Shown one piece after another: positions 8,484 to 16,433 of a stretch of 17,698 nucleotides of DNA. The stretch lies in IMG/VR virus record IMGVR_UViG_3300000292_000161; one strand, given 5' to 3'. Both the position numbers and the translations under genes were made by a program. Positions within the stretch are counted from its first letter, which is position 1, and the number at the start of each line of letters is the position of its first letter. This stretch comes from a virus. Its lineage: Duplodnaviria > Heunggongvirae > Uroviricota > Caudoviricetes. The notes beneath the pieces were generated by a model that was given only the letters and a program-made list of their open reading frames with translations, had not been told where the DNA came from and did not search any database.

Positions 8484-8703
8484 GTTTTACCTCTCTGATT
8501 TCTGCTGCCATATCTGTTGGCTCTATACAGCCGTCCCGACTTGCCACGCAGGGAATAATGATTTCAACGGTATCGCCGTCAATACACATTTCAACATTCG
8601 CCCATGCCGCAATGGGTAGCCAGTCTGAACGCCCCTCAAACCGTAGCTGCCAGCCAGAGGAAGAAGCTAACTGGCGCACTTTGTAAAATGGTGTGCTCAT
8701 CAT
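8473..8703 (-). CDS. hypothetical 76-aa protein
   Basis: ATG at 8703 (or 8700) with SD GAGAGGG about 8 nt upstream. Confidence 0.6.
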   Translation of the reverse strand: MMSTPFYKVRQLASSSGWQLRFEGRSDWLPIAAWANVEMCIDGDTVEIIIPCVASRDGCIEPTDMAAEIREVKHEQ

Positions 8704-8747
8704 TGGTTGTTCCCTCTCAGCCAGCCAGAAGAAATGCGTTTGTTAAT

Positions 8748-8850
8748 GGTATAGGTGGTACAGGTCTGGTATAGGTAAGATATTGACCTGTACCACTATA
8801 ACGCATTGTTTTTAATGCTGAATTAGCAAAGTGGTATAGGTGGTACAGGT
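8748..8850. repeat. iteron cluster 1, candidate replication origin immediately 3-prime of the primase gene
   Basis: Perfect 18-mer GGTATAGGTGGTACAGGT at 8748-8765 and 8833-8850, partial copy at 8768-8776, inverted copy ACCTGTACCACTATA at 8786-8800. Confidence 0.75.
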
Positions 8851-8879
8851 AAAAACGATCTTCTTGTAAAAAGACTATA

Positions 8880-11307
8880 TTAAAAAACATCATAACCCCC
8901 CATACCGATCAGACGGGCAAACGCAGCCTGTAGAACTCCGACCTCTGGTAGTTCGTAGAACACGCCATTCCCTCGGTCTGGTCTTCCATGCTTCACCAGC
9001 CCCATTTGTGCAAGTGATTTACCCAGTAGTGATCTGGCAGCTGGTTCTTTAAGCTTTTCCCCACGCTCAAGCGACCACGCTACAAACCGACTAACCATAT
9101 CCTTTGCAAACAAACGGACTTCGCCATTAAACGGAGGTTCATTGATTAGCTCGCCATAAAGAAACAATTCAACGCCAGACAGCCCCAGCAAGATTTCTTC
9201 ACGTAAGGCATCGGTCTGTGGCGCTCGTTGAGGGTCAAAACCTGAGAGATCCACCCCTTTAAGATGCCAAAGCAACTTTGCGGCACCGCCATCATTAAGC
9301 CAACTGTACAGCCGATCAAAATACTCCCGGCTCTGTGCTTTTTCAGGAGATGGCTCAAGCACGAGATAGCGGCGCTCTCTTATCCCTGCCTGTAATACCT
9401 GTGTGCTGTTACTGGCAAATATCAACCGGGCAAAATTCGGCATTGGTTCAGCATCAATTCCCTTGCGCTCAAGGTTAAACGTCGGTTCGCTAATAATCGC
9501 TTTAAGTCTGTCAGCTTCAGACGGCTTGTGGATCGTCACTTCGTCAGCAAATACCAGTAGCTTGTTAGCAAGTATTGAATTGAAGCGCCCTGAAATATGT
9601 CCCGCCCCGTTAATGTGGGCGGCGTACTGCCCCAGTATTTGCAGCAGCGGTTTAACCGTTGTGCCTTTCCCTGTGCCCGGGACAGATTTCATCACGATTG
9701 CCACGGACGGTTTTTCATCAGGCTTTTGGATAATGTGCGCCATCCACTGGATAAGATATTGGTATGCCTCTTCATTACCGGCACAGACAACCTGCAACAG
9801 GTGATTAAGGTATACCGTGCAATCTCCTTCAATTGGTTCCAGTGCCAGCCCCTCATACAGATTAAAAACATCGTCAGGGCATTTGTCTGGTACTGGATAA
9901 AATCCTACGCCTCCTGGCTTGTAGTTCTTCCCACTCCATGACAGCCACGCCGATCCCGCCAGCTTTCTGGCGACTCTCGGTTTATGATGAAAATAATGCT
10001 GAAATTGTGATAAATCCTCGAAAACGTGCGATACACCGCCGGTTTGAGAAGGCTTTAGCGACACCACCTTGTGTTTCCCGCCGATGGTGACATGCGTAAA
10101 CGTCCGGTTGATTTCTTCGAGGACAGCAATTTCATCATCGCTTAACACCTCGCCAGAACTGATCTCATTCAGCGCCCCGACTGACTGTTTGTGATTTTTC
10201 ACCTGCGCCCCTTTCCCCCGTGGCTGGTACATCGAATCTTTAAATGCTGCTGTGGCTGCCGCCAGCCCGTGTTGTTGGTGATAGTCGTTCCAGTCGGCTT
10301 TATAGTCAGTCGGTGGCAGAGACACCCAGCCAGCTACGGAAATAGCGGCCCTCTCTGCGGCATCTTTCCCCGTGTTGATCCCTCCACTTTCGGAGTTTCC
10401 TTGCTGGTGATCGTTATCTGCGGCAATGATGATTTGTGCCTGTGGATATGTTCTGCGCATGACTTCCGCTACTGGCAACAGGTTGCCAGCGTCGATTGCT
10501 GCCACTGTCATTGCGTCAGGGCGAATTAAATGGCACGACAGGGCGGTAGCCACCCCCTCAGCAATTATGNNNNNNNNNNNNNNNNNNNNNNNNNNNNNNN
10601 NNNNNNNNNNNNNNNNNNNNNNNNNNNNNNNNNNNNNNNNNNNNNNNNNNNNNNNNNNNNNNCTGTGCGTTTATGGCGTGATATGCCCCTCGCTTTGCTG
10701 AACCTGTCAGGAGTCTTTTTTCACCATGTGAGGTAATAGTCTGTGCTGCTGTAACTGCGCCGGATTTATCCACCAGCGCCAGCAACAGAGATCCATCGGG
10801 CAACACAGGGAATGTAAAATCACCTACCCCTTTCGCAACCAGATAATCAGATTTGCCGTTTACAGCCTTTCTGCGCATGTCATCAAACTGACGGGAAAAC
10901 GTATCCCGTCTTTGTTGTTCGTCCTTCTCTGCCCTTTTCAGGCGCTCCTGTTCGCGTCGCTGGCGCTCGGTTTCCAGTTGTTCCCGTTTCTGGCTGGTGG
11001 CTTCTGGTGTTTCCGTTGTCCGGTAATCAATACCCAGAACATCAGCGGCAAGCAGCGCCGCCTCTGTTGTGTCGCAGTTATTTACGCGTTTAATTAAATC
11101 CAGCCCATCACCAGCGCCGCACTGATTACAGATGAAGCTACCGCGCCCGTTGTCATCGAACCGGAATCGGTCTTTGCCCCCACATGCAGGGCAGGGAGCA
11201 TGACGGCGCGGAGAGTCAGGGACATTTATGTTCAGGCAGCCCAGCACATGAGGCCAGTTGTTTTCAGACGCACTGATAACCTGACGGATAAGATCAATGT
11301 TTCGCAT
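8880..11307 (-). CDS. P4-type DNA primase/helicase (Zn-ribbon + TOPRIM + D5-like P-loop NTPase), interrupted by an assembly gap
   Basis: N-terminal piece (10558..11307) has CPACGG...CNQCG zinc ribbon; C-terminal piece (8880..10553) has IIIAADND (TOPRIM-like) and P-loop VPGTGKGTT. ATG at 11307 with SD ACGGGGG. Frame across the gap is uninformative. Confidence 0.85.
10570..10662. other. assembly gap (93 N) inside the primase gene
   Basis: Run of n characters read directly from the sequence. Confidence 0.99.
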
Positions 11308-11319
11308 TCTGGCCCCCGT

Positions 11320-11922
11320 TTAGTGCGTCACTGGTGCTTCTGGGATGCCGTTTTCGTTTAGTTCGGCAATAAAGCTGTTGTGAAGATCGGCAAGCACTTC
11401 TCGCCCAAACGAAGTGAGTGTTCCCTGTTCGACATCGAACATGTTGCTGTAAAAAATGATGGCATTCTTTGTTCCGACATCAACACCATATTTCTCGATC
11501 ATTGCGCCCTCAATGTTGTTTGCCATAGCGAGGCGCTCTGCTACTGGATACAGCGGCATGGCGACGATGCCATTGGAATAAACAGAAACCACGGAATGAT
11601 TGCCACTGTCATCAATAATGCTGACGGTGCCGTTTTCCTTTCTCATTTCATTGATTAATGCTGTTGCTATCAGCCAGCGCCACATAATCACGTGATGCTG
11701 TGATGTGTAATCGAAATATCCCTGGTTGCCGCCACTGGCAATAGCGAGATGTATAAACATGCCTTCATCTGGTTTATCGTCATAATCCCCGGCATCCAGA
11801 CGATTTACGGCATCAATATATGAGACGGTCTCAACGCGTTCTGTCATGCCATTGTTGCTGCGGTGCATGATGTTTACGCCGTCAGGCGTTGCTTCTGCAT
11901 GGAAGGTTAAGAAATTATTCAT
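11320..11922 (-). CDS. hypothetical 200-aa protein
   Basis: 235-aa ORF trimmed to the ATG at 11922 (MNNFLTF), with SD GGCGAGG and an ATGAATAA stop/start overlap with the upstream 73-aa gene; 12 nt upstream of the primase start. Confidence 0.7.
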   Translation of the reverse strand: MNNFLTFHAEATPDGVNIMHRSNNGMTERVETVSYIDAVNRLDAGDYDDKPDEGMFIHLAIASGGNQGYFDYTSQHHVIMWRWLIATALINEMRKENGTVSIIDDSGNHSVVSVYSNGIVAMPLYPVAERLAMANNIEGAMIEKYGVDVGTKNAIIFYSNMFDVEQGTLTSFGREVLADLHNSFIAELNENGIPEAPVTH

Positions 11923-12136
11923 GTTTCGCCTCGCCTGAATGATTCTGTAACTCATATTTGCCCAACAATTCGTCCGCTTCCTGAATAGCTTCTGGTACGC
12001 CATTGAGCAGTGACATAACCGCGCCAATCATTAACTTGTCTCTGTTGCTTGGGCTGGCCCCTTCAAGCCAGAACCCTAAAACAGTCTGAACCTGTTCGAT
12101 GCGACATTGCGCTTCAATGAGCTGGATGTTGGTCAT
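11915..12136 (-). CDS. hypothetical 73-aa protein
   Basis: ATG at 12136 with SD GGAGAG 8 nt upstream; ATGA overlap with the preceding gene. Confidence 0.6.
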   Translation of the reverse strand: MTNIQLIEAQCRIEQVQTVLGFWLEGASPSNRDKLMIGAVMSLLNGVPEAIQEADELLGKYELQNHSGEAKHE

Positions 12137-12396
12137 TTCGCACTCTCCACATCGATTAAACTGATATCTATCAGGGAGGTAACTTTTTGTAGCCAGCTAT
12201 TGATTACTGTCGCCTGTTCCCCTCCCACCGATGGAAGAATCTCATTCATCACATGAACCAGACCTGTGCGCGCTCTGGTAAGCCGTTCAGTCGTGCGATC
12301 TGCAAGAGTGAATGTGTCTGGATATGGCTCTTCACGGCTCAGCAATGATTCAATTTCCAGCTCACACGGATGACGATAAATTAAGTTGATATTCAT
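12133..12396 (-). CDS. hypothetical 87-aa protein
   Basis: ATG at 12396 with SD GGGGGTGA; ATGA overlap with the preceding gene. Confidence 0.6.
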   Translation of the reverse strand: MNINLIYRHPCELEIESLLSREEPYPDTFTLADRTTERLTRARTGLVHVMNEILPSVGGEQATVINSWLQKVTSLIDISLIDVESAK

Positions 12397-12587
12397 TTTT
12401 CACCCCCAAGAATTACCAGCTCTGCACGGGCATCGTTAACCAAAGATGAGCACGCTTTAATCGCATCCACGACATCAGTAGCGTCCATTTCTTCAGCCGA
12501 AAGACTGACAGCAACCAGGACAGCCGCTGCTTGCTCGATTAATTGAAGTGCGGACGTAAGGCGAGGGGTATTAATTGAGTTATTCAT
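12393..12587 (-). CDS. hypothetical 64-aa protein
   Basis: ATG at 12587 with SD ACGGGGG; overlaps the end of the preceding gene. Confidence 0.6.
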   Translation of the reverse strand: MNNSINTPRLTSALQLIEQAAAVLVAVSLSAEEMDATDVVDAIKACSSLVNDARAELVILGGEK

Positions 12588-12798
12588 TGGTTGCCCCCGT
12601 TTTTACTGGCATTTCGCCACCTTCCAGCAGGAAATGAACGTCACGAACGGCGAGATCCAATATCGCGAGTAACGCCTTCAGTCTTTCGTCTCGTGAGGGA
12701 GAGTTGCTCACCAGAATGTCGTTAATCACTTCTGTCAGTGTGATGATCTGGCTTGTGCGTTCGAGGGGATCCATATGCACATCGTAGTTTTTAATCAT
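12580..12798 (-). CDS. hypothetical 72-aa protein
   Basis: ATG at 12798 with SD GGAGGTG 5 nt upstream; this is the 3-prime part of the 355-aa open frame. Confidence 0.5.
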   Translation of the reverse strand: MIKNYDVHMDPLERTSQIITLTEVINDILVSNSPSRDERLKALLAILDLAVRDVHFLLEGGEMPVKTGATNE

Positions 12799-12985
12799 GT
12801 GCCACCTCCATGCGGATACGACCAGCAAAAAAGCAGATGTGATCGCGCACCAGAGAACGGCGAGCATCGCGTTCAGACTCGGCAGCAATATGATGAATTT
12901 TGGCGGTAATTGTCGGGCAATCGCGGCGAACTGCGGCGATAATCCAGATAAATTGCGTTTTTTGGGTAGGGGTAGTAGCCAGCAT
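12791..12985 (-). CDS. hypothetical 64-aa protein
   Basis: ATG at 12985 with strong SD AAGGAGG 7 nt upstream and good enterobacterial third-position codon usage; different frame from the 355-aa ORF it lies inside. Confidence 0.6.
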   Translation of the reverse strand: MLATTPTQKTQFIWIIAAVRRDCPTITAKIHHIAAESERDARRSLVRDHICFFAGRIRMEVAHD

Positions 12986-13647
12986 GTGGCAGCCTCCTTC
13001 AGATAGCAGGTTACGCTACCACCGGAAACGCCAATTTCGCTGGTGGTAGCCCAGACAGGGTTGGCGTAACCGGCTCTGAAGGATACCGGCGCTTCCGAAG
13101 AAGCCCCCGCCTGAGCCACCATTGATTGACAAAGGCGCTGGATTATACACCAACGCCCAAAAAATGGGTGAGTCAGACCTACGACATAAAAAAAGACGCT
13201 CGGCGCGTCATATGTCGCCTTCAGAATTTTCAGGACGCCAATCCCGGCACCCGTTTTATGAGGTGCCTTATAACCATAAACCGTGTTGCCGCATAACGGC
13301 AAGCTCTTTTTTATGGACTCCGAAAACTCACTATTGGAAGAACCAGAAGCACAGTACATCGCGCTCATTTCGTTAACGTCACGCGCGTGGACGAAGGTTT
13401 TTGTGGAGTCACTACACGAGCAGAGAAAGCCATCTACGACCAGAAATTCTCTGGCATAGCCGCTGACCTTCTCAACGCTAACACCATCGACCGTAATTTC
13501 TGACATAGTTAAGGCATCCGCTCCTACCACCAGCAAATGATAAACTTTGCTTGTATCTGCTGTATTAATGTCTGACTTTGCTGTCATATTGCTGGATTTT
13601 GGCGACATACCAGCCAGTGAAAATGTCTTCTTCTGGACGGGTATCAT
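12986..13647 (-). CDS. hypothetical protein, start well supported, 3-prime end undetermined
   Basis: ATG at 13647 with SD GGAGGT and ATGA overlap with the upstream gene. Coding-like to about 13010, but the frame has no stop until 12580, so a frameshift or sequence error is possible. Confidence 0.4.
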
Positions 13648-13823
13648 TGGTTAACCTCCGCGAACTCCTTCATGAAACGCGCCAGCGGTTGTACGCATGG
13701 CGATTGATACCCGTCGCGATAAAACGTCACTCGGTTGTGAGACACGCTTTCGACAGTAACGAGTGCTCCGTGGGCATCTTTGTAGCGTTTTTGTGGTTGT
13801 GGTATTCCTGTTGGCTTAGACAT
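13644..13823 (-). CDS. hypothetical 59-aa protein
   Basis: The 88-aa ORF begins with TTG; more likely start is the internal ATG (MSKPTGIPQ) with GGAGG 6 nt upstream, overlapping the stop of the antirepressor-like gene. Confidence 0.5.
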   Translation of the reverse strand: MSKPTGIPQPQKRYKDAHGALVTVESVSHNRVTFYRDGYQSPCVQPLARFMKEFAEVNQ

Positions 13824-14649
13824 TGAGCGCCTCCAGACGCTTGGCGAGCCAGCGTTGCGACAGGTGGGTGAGTTCTCCTTTGCGCTGCTCATATTCCATG
13901 CCCATATCAATTAACGTGATATTGGTGCTTTCGAGATATGAGAGGTGCTCAAGCTGTTCTGCGTTCATATGGTCGCGAGGTTCGCCAGAATAGCCATTTA
14001 TCCGCGCCCACTGCTTAGCAGTTAGCCCACCAAGAACGATACGAGAAATCATATTGCTCTCGTTTGTGTAGTGGTGTTGCTGCGTCGTTTTCCCCTGCTC
14101 GGCACGGGCCATGTTCAGCGCATCGCACATTGGCTTAAAGTTGTTTGCGGCACTGATACGGGCTTTTAGCTGGCGACGATAGCGGGCGGCGATTTCAGGC
14201 ACGGTACGCTGTAATTCTTCCTCGCACTGGATGAAATAACGACGGATAGCGCGACCCTGATCATTGCGTTCGATCATTGCCAGTTCTTTCGCCATTCCGA
14301 CACTTAACAGATAGTCTTTGCCGGGTCTGCCAGAGTGCTTAATCTTGCTGTAAGCCGCGCCATTCGGGCTTTTCCCCAAATTTGGGGAAATTGTTTTATG
14401 GACTGAGTAATCGTGCCCAATGGTGAAGTCATATTCAGAGATGCGATCAGTGATCCATGTAGAGAAGTCTTTTCCCACGCCCAACGCTTTGTGTAACGCT
14501 TTTGCGCTAACAATATTGGTTTCACGCCCACCTATATGACCAGAAATAACCGGGACAATTGCGGCAAATTCATTACCGTTAATTGTGCCCAGAGAGGCGT
14601 TCAGATGAGGGGCGGCCTCAGAAATTAATCTGCTTTTTTCGATGTTCAT
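13816..14649 (-). CDS. phage antirepressor-like protein (Ant/KilA-type DNA-binding domain), tentative
   Basis: 277-aa ORF, ATG at 14649 with SD GGAGA. N-terminal region IVSAKALHKALGVGKDFSTWITDRI resembles antirepressor/Bro-type domains; assignment is by pattern only. Confidence 0.7.
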   Translation of the reverse strand: MNIEKSRLISEAAPHLNASLGTINGNEFAAIVPVISGHIGGRETNIVSAKALHKALGVGKDFSTWITDRISEYDFTIGHDYSVHKTISPNLGKSPNGAAYSKIKHSGRPGKDYLLSVGMAKELAMIERNDQGRAIRRYFIQCEEELQRTVPEIAARYRRQLKARISAANNFKPMCDALNMARAEQGKTTQQHHYTNESNMISRIVLGGLTAKQWARINGYSGEPRDHMNAEQLEHLSYLESTNITLIDMGMEYEQRKGELTHLSQRWLAKRLEALNV

Positions 14650-14661
14650 TTTTAGTCTCCG

Positions 14662-15093
14662 TTAGGCGGCGTTAAACGCGTCCGGGTAGAGTTTCAGAAT
14701 GTCGGCAATTTCCTGCTGAGAAAGTCCGTTGTGATCATTTATGTTCGCAAGATGGTTAACATGAGTGATCACTTTCAGAACATCACCACGGCAGGAGAAA
14801 CGGTAGCGAAGGTGTGTTCCGATACCATCAGGATTCTTTTCGTCGATACGCTCCAGAGTGATTCCAAGCTGGCGTTCTAACTCTGTTGCATAGTTACGAC
14901 CAGAAGACAGACGGCAGTAGCGAAGAATGTCATTTTCTGTCCATCCCTCTATACCAGTACGCAGCATATAGACTCGGGCACGATGCTTTTTCGGTGTGCG
15001 CTTTGGTGCTTGAAGGGATTTTGTAAGGGGCGTAATATCAGATACGCGAATATCTGAATTAGCCGCCTGTAATGGGCGGTTTTTCTTTTCCAT
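14662..15093 (-). CDS. hypothetical 143-aa protein, possible winged-helix regulator
   Basis: ATG at 15093 overlaps the alpA stop by 1 nt (TGATG). No motif confidently recognised. Confidence 0.7.
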   Translation of the reverse strand: MEKKNRPLQAANSDIRVSDITPLTKSLQAPKRTPKKHRARVYMLRTGIEGWTENDILRYCRLSSGRNYATELERQLGITLERIDEKNPDGIGTHLRYRFSCRGDVLKVITHVNHLANINDHNGLSQQEIADILKLYPDAFNAA

Positions 15094-15311
15094 CAGGCCA
15101 CCTTCCCGCGGCGTTCTGCCAGCCAGTTATTAATTTCCACCGCATCAAACGCAGTCACGTTATCTGTTAGCTTCACTGGGCGTGGAAGAGTGCCATTTTT
15201 AACCCATCTATCAATAGTAGGCAGTGAAACACCTAGCAATTCCGGCATGCGAAAGCGACGGATGTATCCAGTTGTTGGGATAGCTGATGATGCTGGCTTG
15301 TGTGCTGTCAT
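15093..15311 (-). CDS. alpA: AlpA-family transcriptional regulator/excisionase
   Basis: 72-aa protein whose RMPELLGVSLPTIDRWVKNGTLPRPVKL matches the AlpA/Vis HTH pattern; first gene after a 470-bp AT-rich regulatory region. Confidence 0.85.
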   Translation of the reverse strand: MTAHKPASSAIPTTGYIRRFRMPELLGVSLPTIDRWVKNGTLPRPVKLTDNVTAFDAVEINNWLAERRGKVA

Positions 15312-15376
15312 ATCTCTAGTAACCTCTCTGATAGCTCATGAAGTTACTTAAAGTTTAGTGGTTGCCCATACAGTAT

Positions 15377-15462
15377 TTCTATTAAGACTAGAATCTATTG
15401 AAAGAAATTATAAATCTATTGAAAAAATACCGATCCACTGAAAGATTGCAAATACAGGTGGG
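15377..15462. promoter_or_regulatory. phased repeat array in the alpA-operon control region
   Basis: ATCTATTGAAA at 15393 and 15414 (21-bp spacing), related TTCTATTAAG at 15377-15386 and CACTGAAAG near 15436; TACAGGTGGG (iteron-core-like) at 15453-15462. Confidence 0.4.
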
Positions 15463-15782
15463 ATAATTATTTTCTTTATTTTCAATTAGTTACCAGTTTA
15501 AAAAATCATTGTTTTATCAAAGAGTTATATCTTTCATCGTCATTCATCATGTTTTTACATTTCTTTTTATCTTTTATTATTCAATTGGTTGAGTCGGTTT
15601 ATAATGGCTCATGATGGCTTAAAATGGCTAATGATAGCTGGCGTATCTTTTAGAGATGGGGTGATTACAGATGAACTAAGCCGAACAGATATAGCAATGG
15701 CTAGGCATAGAATTATCTATGCTGGTGGAGATGGGTAAACAGGTAATGCCCCGCCATTGCTTTGGAGGGGCGTGAAAAGTGA

Positions 15783-16433
15783 TTAGTCGAGATCGTGGAC
15801 AGCTAATAAAGCCCGTGAGATTTTTTCTAGGAATGTGGCTTTTGCTATTCCTTTATGGGATATCCCTTCATCCTTGATTAAGGTTTCTATGTCACGGTAT
15901 ATAGCTGTGCGATTAGGTTTCCCATTTTGGATGTAGGAAGATGAGCCTGATTTTTTTATCAGCAGATGTACTATCAACCCCATCATTTTCATTGTCCCGT
16001 TTTCCTCATCCTGCTTTCTATGCTGCCCACGTCCGCTGCGGTTGGTTTCTTTGATGTAGTTTACTAACTGGAGTCCTCCAAGGTTTCGGGCTTTTTCTTC
16101 CCAGCCCTTGGTGCCACGCAAATCATCAATCGCTTCTGATATTTTCTGAACAATTATTTCTGGTGTATTTGTGTCAATAAATGGGTAAGAAGCTAAGAAA
16201 ATATCAAGGGCATGGCAAGGCTCGTCTTTACTAGTTTTTTCACCTCTGTACACCTTGATAGCTCTGGCAAGATGAGTTCTGACAAAATCGACATATTCGA
16301 AATTTTCCTCAGGCACATCGCTAATGCGCATAGATGGGTTTAGGCCAGCCAAGGCCACAGCCATTTCATGAGGGGTAATCGATACAGATGAACAAAGCCG
16401 TTCGATTGGCGATTTTCTCAAGATGTTGTTCAC
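15783..16433 (-). CDS. hypothetical 216-aa protein, AT-rich cargo gene coupled to the integrase
   Basis: ATG at 16433 is adjacent to the integrase stop (16430-16432). Visibly lower GC than the integrase; no motif recognised. Confidence 0.75.
   Translation of the reverse strand: MNNILRKSPIERLCSSVSITPHEMAVALAGLNPSMRISDVPEENFEYVDFVRTHLARAIKVYRGEKTSKDEPCHALDIFLASYPFIDTNTPEIIVQKISEAIDDLRGTKGWEEKARNLGGLQLVNYIKETNRSGRGQHRKQDEENGTMKMMGLIVHLLIKKSGSSSYIQNGKPNRTAIYRDIETLIKDEGISHKGIAKATFLEKISRALLAVHDLD

Noticed and set aside
3638-10529. Numerous 60-130-aa ORFs antisense to or nested within the large genes (for example 3638..3889, 4981..5244, 6278..6502, 9403..9804, 10191..10529)
   Set aside because: They are shadow ORFs of the long minus-strand genes, with low-complexity translations and no start signals.
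10426-10736. ORFs 10426..10701 and 10530..10736 (+) containing runs of X
   Set aside because: Artefacts of translating through the 93-nt N gap.
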